Shown here in pieces: positions 31,674 through 40,086 of a DNA stretch of 64,000 nt; the stretch's first letter is position 1, and each line of letters opens with the position of its first letter. The position numbers and the translations under genes are program-made. The notes under the pieces were generated by a model. It saw nothing but the letters and a program-made list of their open reading frames with translations, was not told the DNA's origin and made no database searches. The DNA comes from Phycisphaerales bacterium (GTDB lineage Bacteria > Planctomycetota > Phycisphaerae > Phycisphaerales > UBA1924), in the NCBI GenBank assembly GCA_965227775.1, contig OZ245777.1:992001-1056000 (forward strand). The letters run 5' to 3'.

Positions 31674-32748
31674 CTAAAGCCTCTTGACCAGTCGACCCTT
31701 CCGCCCACTCCTCCAGCGCCCCATACACCGCTCCAGGCCCCTCCGCCGTCCGGATCGATTCGCGCAGGTCCTTGCAGTGCCCGCCATTAATCCGCTTGGC
31801 GAACCACGAGATCCGGCGGCGGATGTGCGTCATCGCGTAGTGCTCGCCGCGGTACTCGAGCATGCGGTCGAAGAATGTGCGCACGATGTCGAGCTTGTCC
31901 CGCTCGCTCGGTTCGCGTGCCACCTCGCCGGTCGTCTGCAGCGCCCACGCATCGCGGAAGATCCACGGCGTGCTCAGCGCGCCGCGGCCGATCATGACAC
32001 CGTCGCAGCCAGTCGCCTGCATCATGTCGACGGCGTCCTGCGCGGTGCGCACGTCGCCATTGCCAATGACCGGGATGGTCGGGTGCGCGTCCTTCACGGT
32101 GCGCACGACGCGGGCGATGTCCTCGCGCCGGCAGTCGCCGCGGAATTTCATCTCGGTCGTGCGCCCGTGCACGGTGATCGCGCTCACGCCGACATCGACG
32201 AGCCCGAGTGCGAGCTGGCCCGCAACGCCATCAGCGCAGTCCTGCTCGCTCCAGCCCAGCCGCATCTTCGCTGTCAGCGGCACATGGTCGGGGAGCGCCG
32301 CGCGCACCGCCTCGGCGATCGCGATGGCGTTTGGTACATCGCACATCAGCTTGCTGCCGCCGTCCTTCTTGCAGACCTTGTCCACCGGGCAGCCCATGTT
32401 GATATCGACGATCGTCGCGCCGTGGTCGGCCGCCCAGCGGGCCCCCTCGGCCATGATGCCCGGGTCGGCCCCGTAGAGCTGCATGCCCACCGGCTTGTCC
32501 TCGGCGTTGGTACGGGCCAGGTCGAGGCTGGCCGCCGAGCCTCGGAGGAGGCCCTGCGGGCTGAGCAGGTCGGTGCAGGCCAGTCCCACGCCGCCCCAAT
32601 CCCGGCAGGTCAGGCGAAACGCCAGGTCGCAGTAGTTGGCTATGGGTGCAAGGAGCAGGTTCGTCGTAAGTTCAACGCCGCCAATGACTAACGACCGACC
32701 GATGGCCGGGTTTTGCTCGGAAATAGGGTGAGCAGCGATGGCGGACAC
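31636..32748 (-). CDS. dusB: tRNA-dihydrouridine synthase
   Basis: LAPI, QLYG, DINMGCP, KMRLG, VHGRT, IGNGDV, GVMIGRG. Confidence 0.9.
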   Translation of the reverse strand: MSAIAAHPISEQNPAIGRSLVIGGVELTTNLLLAPIANYCDLAFRLTCRDWGGVGLACTDLLSPQGLLRGSAASLDLARTNAEDKPVGMQLYGADPGIMAEGARWAADHGATIVDINMGCPVDKVCKKDGGSKLMCDVPNAIAIAEAVRAALPDHVPLTAKMRLGWSEQDCADGVAGQLALGLVDVGVSAITVHGRTTEMKFRGDCRREDIARVVRTVKDAHPTIPVIGNGDVRTAQDAVDMMQATGCDGVMIGRGALSTPWIFRDAWALQTTGEVAREPSERDKLDIVRTFFDRMLEYRGEHYAMTHIRRRISWFAKRINGGHCKDLRESIRTAEGPGAVYGALEEWAEGSTGQEALVDRQSVAARRIR

Positions 32749-32785
32749 GCCCCAATCCTACCGGGAAGATCGCCATCGACTTTGG

Positions 32786-32831
32786 TTGTAACGCATTCTC
32801 AATGCACGTAGTATTGAAAGCGCAGTCTCAT
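32786..32831 (+). promoter_or_regulatory. Predicted promoter with two operator-like boxes
   Basis: TTGTAA-N17-TAGTAT. Box TTGTAACGCATTCTCAA (32786-32802) is a 14/17 match to the 61396 palindrome; TTGAAAGCGCAGTCTCA (32814-32830) is a second copy with one extra base. Confidence 0.6.
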
Positions 32832-32854
32832 GTAGTTCTCGTTTGGAGGCATTG

Positions 32855-33676
32855 ATGCCCGAACGCCGTCGCCAGCCCATGGCCAGGACGCCCCGCGCGT
32901 TCACGCTCATCGAGTTGCTCGTGGTCATCGCGATCATCGCGGTGCTCATCGGCATCCTGCTGCCGGCGTTGGGCCAGGCCCGGGCCACGGCCCGCGGCGC
33001 GGTGTGCCTGAGCCAGGTCCGCTCGCTCGGGCTCGCCCAGCGGATGTACGCCGACGACAACAAGGGCGCGTTCGTCGACGCCGGCCTCGCCCACGGTGGC
33101 ATCGCCGACATTCCCAATTCCTGGCCCGTGTTGCTGGCCGACTACACCGAGAACGGCGTGGCTATCCGCTCGCCGGTCGATCGCAGCCCGTTCTGGTCGA
33201 TCGAGGAGGGTGGCCAGTTCGAGGGCATGTCGTTCGCCGAAGCCCTGCGACGCGTGCGCGCAGGCGAGACGAGCGGCCTGGGAGAGCTCGCCCGCTGGAC
33301 GAGCTACGGCCTGAACAACTACACGACGCGCAGCGTGTCGCCGTCACCCGACCAGACGTACGACGCCGATCGACTGATAGACCGCCCCTACGCCACCGTG
33401 CAGTGGCTGATGATGACATTCGGCGAAAGCGACGCGACGTCCGACTTCGCGCGCACCGACCACGTGCACGCCGAGGACTGGGGCGCGGCGCCCGGCGGGC
33501 GCATCCCGCTGCGTGCTTCCCTTGAGGCCCAGATCAATGCCCATGGCGGCAAGCCCGGCGACTGGTCGGCAAAGGCGGCGTACGGCTATCTCGATGGGCA
33601 CGCATCCATCGAGAAGTTTGAGAACGTGTATGAGAGTTTTGAGAAGAACCGCTTCGACCCGCGAGTGGCGCAGTAA
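32855..33676 (+). CDS. Prepilin-type N-terminal cleavage/methylation protein (DUF1559/H-X9-DG-like)
   Basis: [25 protein letters not shown]...C; C-terminal H...YGYLDGH. Start 32855 or 32879. Confidence 0.9.
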   Translation: MPERRRQPMARTPRAFTLIELLVVIAIIAVLIGILLPALGQARATARGAVCLSQVRSLGLAQRMYADDNKGAFVDAGLAHGGIADIPNSWPVLLADYTENGVAIRSPVDRSPFWSIEEGGQFEGMSFAEALRRVRAGETSGLGELARWTSYGLNNYTTRSVSPSPDQTYDADRLIDRPYATVQWLMMTFGESDATSDFARTDHVHAEDWGAAPGGRIPLRASLEAQINAHGGKPGDWSAKAAYGYLDGHASIEKFENVYESFEKNRFDPRVAQ

Positions 33677-33698
33677 GCGCCAACCAAGGAGATTCGCG

Positions 33699-34459
33699 AT
33701 GAGAAGACTGATTGTGTTTACGAGCGCTCTGCTGGCGACCGCCGCAACGGCCCAGACACACGAGGGCGACATCGTCATCACCGGCGAGCGAGGCGTGATC
33801 GAGACCGGTTTCGCCGACGCAGGTACGCCCGTGTACGGCCGCCGCGTGTTTGATACCGAATTCGGCAAGCTACCCAATTGGACGAACGATCCGGGCTTCG
33901 ATTCGCCCGTTGATGCGTTCGCCTCGCGCGCTTCGCTCGGCTTTGACGTGCTCGCTCCCGTGCTCGCGTGGGACGGCGGCGCCTTTACCGACGTTGCCGA
34001 CTCGCAAATCCTGATCAGCAAGGGCCCGGTCTCGATCACGACACCGCTGGTGGGTGAGCAGCCCGGCTTTGTGTTCGGCACGGCCAGCACCACGGGCAAG
34101 TTCCACCATCACCTCGCGTTCGAGCTGCTCGCCCCGGCCAGCGATGGCGTGTACCTCCTCGAGATGGCGCTTTGGCAAGAGGGGGGCGCGGTGGAGGGAA
34201 GCGCCCCTTCTTCCTTGTCTTTGGCCAGAACGCGAGCCCCGACGACCTGGCCGACGCGGTGGCGTGGGTCGAGGCGACGCTGATCGGCGTGCCCTGCCGG
34301 GCAGACATGGACGGCGATGGATCGCTGACCATCTTCGACTTCCTGGCATTCCAGAATCTATTCGACGCGGGCGATCTCGCGGCGGACTTCGATGGCGACG
34401 GATCGCTGACCATTTTCGATTTCCTGAGTTTCCAGAATGAGTTCGACGCGGGCTGCTGA
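33699..34459 (+). pseudogene. Secreted HEGD/His-motif protein with GC-type dockerin-like tail, split by a 1-nt frameshift (real or sequencing error)
   Basis: The 33699 frame reads ...EGSAP and continues in another frame as PFFLVFGQN...DAGC. One extra C in the C4 run at 34204-34207 restores a full ORF collinear with the 34490 paralog. Confidence 0.8.
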
Positions 34460-34489
34460 TCGCCCGGAGAGAAGAAGAGGAGTAGTTTC

Positions 34490-35143
34490 ATGCGTGCAGC
34501 AATCCTGAGTGTTTCGGCCCTTGCCATTGCCGCCGGCACCGCCATCGCCCACGAGGGCGACGTCGGCCTGGTCATCACCGATGGCCGCATTGTCACCGGC
34601 ATCGTCGAGGACGGTCCGGGCGGCGAGTTCGTCATCCCCGGCCAGCGCGTGTTCGCCGGTGAGATGTTCGATTTTGGCGGCCGCATCTATGCGGATGGCC
34701 CCGGCTTGTTCGCGGCTGCGGGCGAGTTCCCCGATAGCGACCTGATCTTCGACTTCGCCAGCCCCGTGCAGCGCTGGGACGGCTCGACCTTCGTCAGCGC
34801 CTCGCAGACCTACACGCTCGAGTTTGGCCCGCTGAGCGCCACCAGCCCGCTGGCCGGCACCGCGCCGGGCTTCGGCATCGTCGTCGGCCCGGCCGGCTTC
34901 GATGAGCACTACGACTTCTACCTGAACGACCCCGAGACGGGCGTGTTCCTTCTCGCGCTCGATCTCTCGAGCAGCGACTCGAGCATCGCCGGTGCACAGA
35001 CGACCTACCTCGTGTTCAACAACGGCGAGGACGAGATGGTGCACGACGCGGCGATCGATTACGTCCAAGACGTGATCATTCCCGCGCCGGCCTCGCTCGC
35101 CGTGCTGGGCCTGGGCGCCCTGGCGATGCGTCGCCGCCGCTGA
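34490..35143 (+). CDS. PEP-CTERM (PAP variant) surface protein with HEGD/His-motif domain
   Basis: Signal peptide AIA-HEGD; C-terminal IPAPASLAVLGLGALAMRRRR. Confidence 0.9.
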   Translation: MRAAILSVSALAIAAGTAIAHEGDVGLVITDGRIVTGIVEDGPGGEFVIPGQRVFAGEMFDFGGRIYADGPGLFAAAGEFPDSDLIFDFASPVQRWDGSTFVSASQTYTLEFGPLSATSPLAGTAPGFGIVVGPAGFDEHYDFYLNDPETGVFLLALDLSSSDSSIAGAQTTYLVFNNGEDEMVHDAAIDYVQDVIIPAPASLAVLGLGALAMRRRR

Positions 35144-35153
35144 GTCGATGAAT

Positions 35154-35231
35154 CGGTCTCGGAGGAGAGACCGTTCAATCCCGATTGTGTGAAGGCCCTC
35201 TCGTGGTACGTCGTACCCGAGAGGATCTTTT
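35154..35231 (+). terminator. Tandem hairpins, probable terminator
   Basis: CGGTCTC/GAGACCG, then CCTCTCG-TGGTAC/GTACC-CGAGAGG followed by ATCTTTT. Confidence 0.55.
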
Positions 35232-35318
35232 GTTATTGATCCTGCTTGGCGTGCGCGCACCCGCGGTGCTGCCGTTGAGCATGCAGCTCCTGCCTGCCAC
35301 CGGTGACGGCGAGGTCAA

Positions 35319-35969
35319 TTAGAACCCCGGCTCACTCCGCACGTGCAGCAGCTCGCCGGAGAACGGGTCGGCAAACTCCAGGCTCCACGCGTGCAGCAGC
35401 AGGCGTGGAGCCTTGCTCGTGTCGCCGTAGAGCGGATCACCCAGGATCGGCGTGCCCAGGCCGCGCTCGTCGGCGGCGTGCACACGGAGCTGGTGGCCGC
35501 GCCCGGTGATGGGGGTGAACTCGACGCGCGTGTTTCCGTGTTCGACACCGAGCACGCGGTACCGGGTCTGGCTCGCGCGGCCGTCTTCGGCCACGATGTG
35601 CTTCGGTCGATTCGGCCAGTCGATGCGCAGCGGCAGGTCGATCAGCCCCGCGTGATCCTTCAATTCCCCCTCAACGACGGCGATGTAGCGCTTGGTCACG
35701 CGCCGATGCTCGAACACCTGGCTCATGGCCCGCTGCGCGTCGGCGTCGAGGGCGACGACGATGAGCCCGCTGGTATCCTGGTCGAGGCGGTGCACCGTCA
35801 TCGGGCCGGTCGCGTCCGGGTACATCGCCAGCACGCGGGCTCGGACACAATCGGCCTTCTCGGGGCCCTTCCCGGGCACGCTCAGCAGGCCGCTGGGCTT
35901 GTCGACCACCACGTAGCGGCCGGTATCCAGGATGATCCTGAGGAGGCTGTCGGTTGGGGCGTCCGGCAT
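35319..35969 (-). CDS. RluA family pseudouridine synthase
   Basis: DKPSGLLS, HRLDQDTSG, TGRGHQLRVH, GDPLYG, LLHA. Confidence 0.95.
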   Translation of the reverse strand: MPDAPTDSLLRIILDTGRYVVVDKPSGLLSVPGKGPEKADCVRARVLAMYPDATGPMTVHRLDQDTSGLIVVALDADAQRAMSQVFEHRRVTKRYIAVVEGELKDHAGLIDLPLRIDWPNRPKHIVAEDGRASQTRYRVLGVEHGNTRVEFTPITGRGHQLRVHAADERGLGTPILGDPLYGDTSKAPRLLLHAWSLEFADPFSGELLHVRSEPGF

Positions 35970-35995
35970 GGGGATGCACGATATACTCCCTCTCG

Positions 35996-36012
35996 TTGCG
36001 ACAGAGTCTCAG
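35996..36012. promoter_or_regulatory. Operator-like box downstream of a -10 element
   Basis: TTGCGAC-AGA-GTCTCAG (6/7 in each half-site), with TATACT at 35982-35987. Confidence 0.55.
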
Positions 36013-36047
36013 GTAGATGCGCTCGGGTGGCAGCCCCGGAAGGACGG

Positions 36048-37292
36048 ATGATGATCAGGAATCGGATTGGTGTGCTCGCGTGCGTCGGCCTGGCCTGCTC
36101 GTTGGCTCAGGCCCAGAACGGACATGGCAGCTATGGGCAGACCAGCCAGAGCGCCACCAGCGACTGGCGCGAGGCCGAGGCGCCCTTCCTGACCAACCAC
36201 CGCCAGCTCACCAGCCGAGACATGTTCACCCGCGCGGGCGAGGCGTACTTCAACGCGACGAGCAGCATGGTCATCTTCCAGGCCACGCCGGTTCCGCCGG
36301 AAGGCGAGTGGCCCAGCCCGCACTACGAGATGTTCGTCGCGCCGTTTACCACCGAGGGCGGCGCCGTCACTGGCATCAGCACGCCCATCCGCGTCTCCAC
36401 TGGCGGCAGCGCCAACACCTGCGGCTGGTTCCACCCCACGCAGGCCAACATCGTGCTGTTCGGCAGCACCGTCGAGCCGCCCCTGCAAGACAAAGTTCCC
36501 GGTTACCAGCGCGGAACGGGTCGTTACGCGTGGAGCTTCCCCAGCGAGATGGAGATCGTCGCTGGCAGTATCAGCTCGACAATCGTCTCGGCCGAGCACG
36601 AGAACGACTTCCACGGCCTGCGACCGGCGATCACCGACGTGGTCTTCAGCCTGCCCGGCTACACCGCCGAAGCATCGTGGAGCCCGGATGGTCGCACCAT
36701 TCTCTACGCCCAGGTCGACGAGGCCAAGAGCGACGCCGCCGGCAAGACCGACGCCGACCTGTGGGCCTTCGACACCAAGACCGGCGAGCACCATCTCCTG
36801 GTCGAGGCCGCCGGTTATGACGGCGGGCCGTTCTTCAATGCCGAGGGCACGCGCATCTGCTATCGCAGCGATCGCGAAGGCAACAACCTGCTGCAGCTGT
36901 TCGTCACAGACCTCAAGCTCAACGAAGACGGCGTGCCCGTCGGCATCACCAAGGAAACCCAGCTCACGAACAACGGTCACGTCAACTGGGCGCCCTATTG
37001 GCACCCAGACGGCGACCTGCTCGTGTACGCCAGCAGCGAGGTGAGCCACCGCAACTACGAGGTGTTCGCCATCTGGGCCGATGCCGAGAAGGGGTCCACG
37101 CCCGTGCGCATCACGCAGGCCAGCGGCGCCGACGTGCTGCCGGTCTTCAGCCCCGACGGCAAGTACCTCATGTGGACCGCCCAGCGCGGCCCGATGGCCG
37201 AGGGAGAAGAGCGCCCGAGCAGCCAGACGTGGATCGCCGAAGTGGACAGCGATGCCATCCGCCGCGCGCTGCGTGAGGCCAACGGCGGCTGA
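36048..37292 (+). CDS. Secreted TolB-like protein with PD40 repeats
   Basis: Signal peptide AQA-Q; WSPDG, GYDGGPFF, WHPDG, FSPDGK repeats. Confidence 0.85.
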   Translation: MMIRNRIGVLACVGLACSLAQAQNGHGSYGQTSQSATSDWREAEAPFLTNHRQLTSRDMFTRAGEAYFNATSSMVIFQATPVPPEGEWPSPHYEMFVAPFTTEGGAVTGISTPIRVSTGGSANTCGWFHPTQANIVLFGSTVEPPLQDKVPGYQRGTGRYAWSFPSEMEIVAGSISSTIVSAEHENDFHGLRPAITDVVFSLPGYTAEASWSPDGRTILYAQVDEAKSDAAGKTDADLWAFDTKTGEHHLLVEAAGYDGGPFFNAEGTRICYRSDREGNNLLQLFVTDLKLNEDGVPVGITKETQLTNNGHVNWAPYWHPDGDLLVYASSEVSHRNYEVFAIWADAEKGSTPVRITQASGADVLPVFSPDGKYLMWTAQRGPMAEGEERPSSQTWIAEVDSDAIRRALREANGG

Positions 37293-37316
37293 GACTCTCG
37301 CTTTGTGATCACTCGA

Positions 37317-37496
37317 TCACGGGATCACGCGCAGCAGCCACAAGATCAGCAGCACATCGATGATCAGGAACAGCACGCCCACACCCACGCGGTTCATGCG
37401 TCTGGGCTCGTGCGCGAGCGCCTCATAGATCGTCCAGATGTTGCGTAGCGCAAACACGCCAAGCGCGATCACGAACACCCACGTCAGCCAGGTCAT
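37317..37496 (-). CDS. Small two-TM membrane protein (59 aa, below the ORF-track cutoff)
   Basis: MTWLTWVFVIALGVFALRNIWTIYEALAHEPRRMNRVGVGVLFLIIDVLLILWLLRVIP*, with AAGGGAG RBS upstream. Confidence 0.7.
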   Translation of the reverse strand: MTWLTWVFVIALGVFALRNIWTIYEALAHEPRRMNRVGVGVLFLIIDVLLILWLLRVIP

Positions 37497-37517
37497 GCCA
37501 AGCTCCCTTCGGCGAGT

Positions 37518-37979
37518 CTACCTCATCTCCTGTGCGGCCAATAGCAGCCACACGACTGCGATGAGCCCCGAGCCAACGGCATGCAGGCCCAGACTCCACA
37601 TGAGCGCCGATACCGGCCACACCGGCCTGAGGAACAACGCACGCTCTGCCGTTCCGGCTGTCAATCCACTCGACCTGTCGTCCAATGACTTGCTCAGTGC
37701 TTGCATTTCTCTGATGGCTCGCTCGATCGCGAGGAGCATGGTCGCCGTGACGTACGCGGTCACAATCCCAATGAGCGTCATCAGAATCGGTACGACCCAG
37801 CCTTCAGCAATGCTCCTGCCAGAGTCTCGCATCGCAGCAACGGCGAACGAGACAGAAAGCAAGAACGAAAGGTTCAGCCACCAGTAGACGGCCGCCCAGG
37901 CTACGAGCAATACAACGAGCACACGTACGTTGCCGTTGATCTCGCGCACGCGTACTGCGACCAAGTCCACCGCTTCCAT
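37518..37979 (-). CDS. Hypothetical membrane protein
   Basis: Three to four hydrophobic segments; co-oriented with neighbours. Confidence 0.6.
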   Translation of the reverse strand: MEAVDLVAVRVREINGNVRVLVVLLVAWAAVYWWLNLSFLLSVSFAVAAMRDSGRSIAEGWVVPILMTLIGIVTAYVTATMLLAIERAIREMQALSKSLDDRSSGLTAGTAERALFLRPVWPVSALMWSLGLHAVGSGLIAVVWLLLAAQEMR

Positions 37980-38000
37980 CGGAAACCTCTCTGATAGAGC

Positions 38001-38669
38001 CTACTTCTTCCGCGCCACCATCAGGCCCTCGCGCAGCGGCACGCAGAAGGCCTCGAAGTCTTCGTCCGCCGCCACCAGCCGGTTCACCGTGTCCGCCGCG
38101 TCGCGGCTGGCGTTCTCGCCCTGCGGCGCGTCGATCCACCAGTCGCCGCCGCCCAGCATGTTGTCGGCCACCAGCAGCCCGCCGGGTCGAAGAAGCTCCT
38201 TTGCGTGCGGCAGATAGTCCGGGTACTCGCTCTTGATGGCATCCAGGAACACCAGGTCCACCTTCCCCGCTCGCTCGCCGGCCATGCGTTCCAGCACCGG
38301 CGTGCCATACCCCCGAACCACCTCGACACGCTCCGCCACGCCCGCTTCCTCGAACATCCTCTCGGCGAAGCCCGCGTGCAACTCATTGGGCTCGACGGTC
38401 AGGAGCTTTCCGCCATCACCGAGTCCCCGAGCCAGCCAGATGCCCGAGTAGCCCGCCAGCGTCCCCACCTCGACGATCAGCCTCGCGTCCACCAGCCGGG
38501 CCAGCGCCAGCAGCATCCGCCCAACCGACGCCGACACCGCGATGTCTGGGATACCAGCCTCGATCGCCCGCGGCATCAGACCTGCGAGGTGCTCGTCCTG
38601 ACGCCCGAACACGTCGTCCAGATAGTCGCACGTGTGCTGCCAGCGTTGGGGGGTCATTTCGGTGGCCAT
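38001..38669 (-). CDS. O-methyltransferase (caffeoyl-CoA OMT-like, Methyltransf_3)
   Basis: VEVGTLAGYSGIW, DLVFLDAIK, GGLLVADN. Confidence 0.9.
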   Translation of the reverse strand: MATEMTPQRWQHTCDYLDDVFGRQDEHLAGLMPRAIEAGIPDIAVSASVGRMLLALARLVDARLIVEVGTLAGYSGIWLARGLGDGGKLLTVEPNELHAGFAERMFEEAGVAERVEVVRGYGTPVLERMAGERAGKVDLVFLDAIKSEYPDYLPHAKELLRPGGLLVADNMLGGGDWWIDAPQGENASRDAADTVNRLVAADEDFEAFCVPLREGLMVARKK

Positions 38670-38763
38670 ATGGGACGGTAGTGCCGAAACCCGGGCCGCG
38701 GCTTTCCAATACCATGCAAGGAGCACCCGCTGCGTCTCCAGCGAATCCGAAGGGGGAACGACC

Positions 38764-40086
38764 ATGCTTCGACGAATCACCGGACTCGCGTGCATCGCCT
38801 TCGCGCTTCCCGCACCCGCCCAAGACCTGCCCAGCCGCGGGCGCGTCGTGCCGCAGCTGGCCGAGCTCGACCGGCTCATGCAAGACACCATGACCGACAA
38901 CGGCATCAGCGCGGGTGTGCTCGCGGTTGCGTTCGATGATCGCGTGGTCTACCAGCGTTCCTTCGGTTGGCTCGATCGCGACCGCACCACGCCGCTGCCG
39001 ATGAACGCCGAGATGCGTCTGGCGAGCGTCTCCAAGCCCATCACCGCCGCCATCGTGCGCAACCTGATCGCAGACGGCATGCTCTCGGCCGCCGACAAGG
39101 CGTTCGACGTCGGCCAGCCGGGCGGAGGCATCCTGCCGGTCGATCCGTTCCCCTCGCTGGGCGATCCGCGCATCGGCGACATCACCATCACCAATCTGCT
39201 GCAGCACCGCGGCGGCTGGAACCGCGACCTGGTTGGCAACCACGCCTTCCGCGACGTGCAGATCGCAGGCGAGATGGGCGTGCCCAGCCCGCCCGGACGC
39301 GTGAACAAGATGCGTTGGATCCTGGGCCAGCCGCTCGAGTTCGCGCCCGGCACGCAGTACGCCTACGCCAACATCGGCTACCACGCGCTAGGCCTCATCA
39401 TCGAAGAGGTCACCGGCAACACCTACGAGCAAGAGGTCGAGCGTTTGTTCGAAGACCTCGGCCATCCGGGCGCCGTGCGACTTGGCCGCACGTTCGCGGC
39501 AGACCAAGGCCCGCTGGAACCCTGGTACGACCAGGAAGACATGGGCTTCGGCCAGAACGTGTTCGACCCGGCGGGCCCATTCGTCCGCTGGCCCTACGGC
39601 GGGTGGGACCAGGAGGGCGCGTCTTCGTTCGGCGGGCTCATCGCCTCGGGCGAGCCGCTGCTCGCGCTCGCCGACGCGTACATCCTCTTCGGAGGTAGCT
39701 CGGGCGTTGCGCTGCCGGGCGGCGTGGGCCCATCGTTCTTCAGCGCCCACAGCGGCTCGCTGCCGGGCACCGACACGGTGGTGTGGCAGCGCGGGCAGGG
39801 CGTGCGCGTCGCGGTGCTCTTTAACCACCGGGACATCAGCTTCAGCAGCGCCTGGGGCGTCGACGTGGCCGCCGAGATCGACCGCATGGTGCTGGCCGGG
39901 GAGATCACCGAGCCCCCCTGCGCCGCCGACATGGACGCGGACGGCGAGTTGACGATCTTCGACTTCCTCGCCTTCCAGAACCGCTTCGACGCGGGCTCGA
40001 TGGAGGCCGACTTCGACGGCGATGGGGCCCTGACCATCTTCGACTTCCTGGGCTTCCAGAACGCGTTCGATCTGGGCTGCCCATGA
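38764..40086 (+). CDS. Serine hydrolase (beta-lactamase/PBP family) with GC-type dockerin-like tail
   Basis: ASVSK (SxxK), LLQHRGG, YAN (YxN), HSG; dockerin-like double repeat. Confidence 0.9.
   Translation: MLRRITGLACIAFALPAPAQDLPSRGRVVPQLAELDRLMQDTMTDNGISAGVLAVAFDDRVVYQRSFGWLDRDRTTPLPMNAEMRLASVSKPITAAIVRNLIADGMLSAADKAFDVGQPGGGILPVDPFPSLGDPRIGDITITNLLQHRGGWNRDLVGNHAFRDVQIAGEMGVPSPPGRVNKMRWILGQPLEFAPGTQYAYANIGYHALGLIIEEVTGNTYEQEVERLFEDLGHPGAVRLGRTFAADQGPLEPWYDQEDMGFGQNVFDPAGPFVRWPYGGWDQEGASSFGGLIASGEPLLALADAYILFGGSSGVALPGGVGPSFFSAHSGSLPGTDTVVWQRGQGVRVAVLFNHRDISFSSAWGVDVAAEIDRMVLAGEITEPPCAADMDADGELTIFDFLAFQNRFDAGSMEADFDGDGALTIFDFLGFQNAFDLGCP

Noticed and set aside
29706..40086. Repeated GACGGCGA../ACCATCTTCGACTTCCT DNA as a CRISPR or REP-type repeat
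   Set aside because: These are coding repeats of dockerin-like and FG-GAP motifs, with no spacer periodicity or cas genes.
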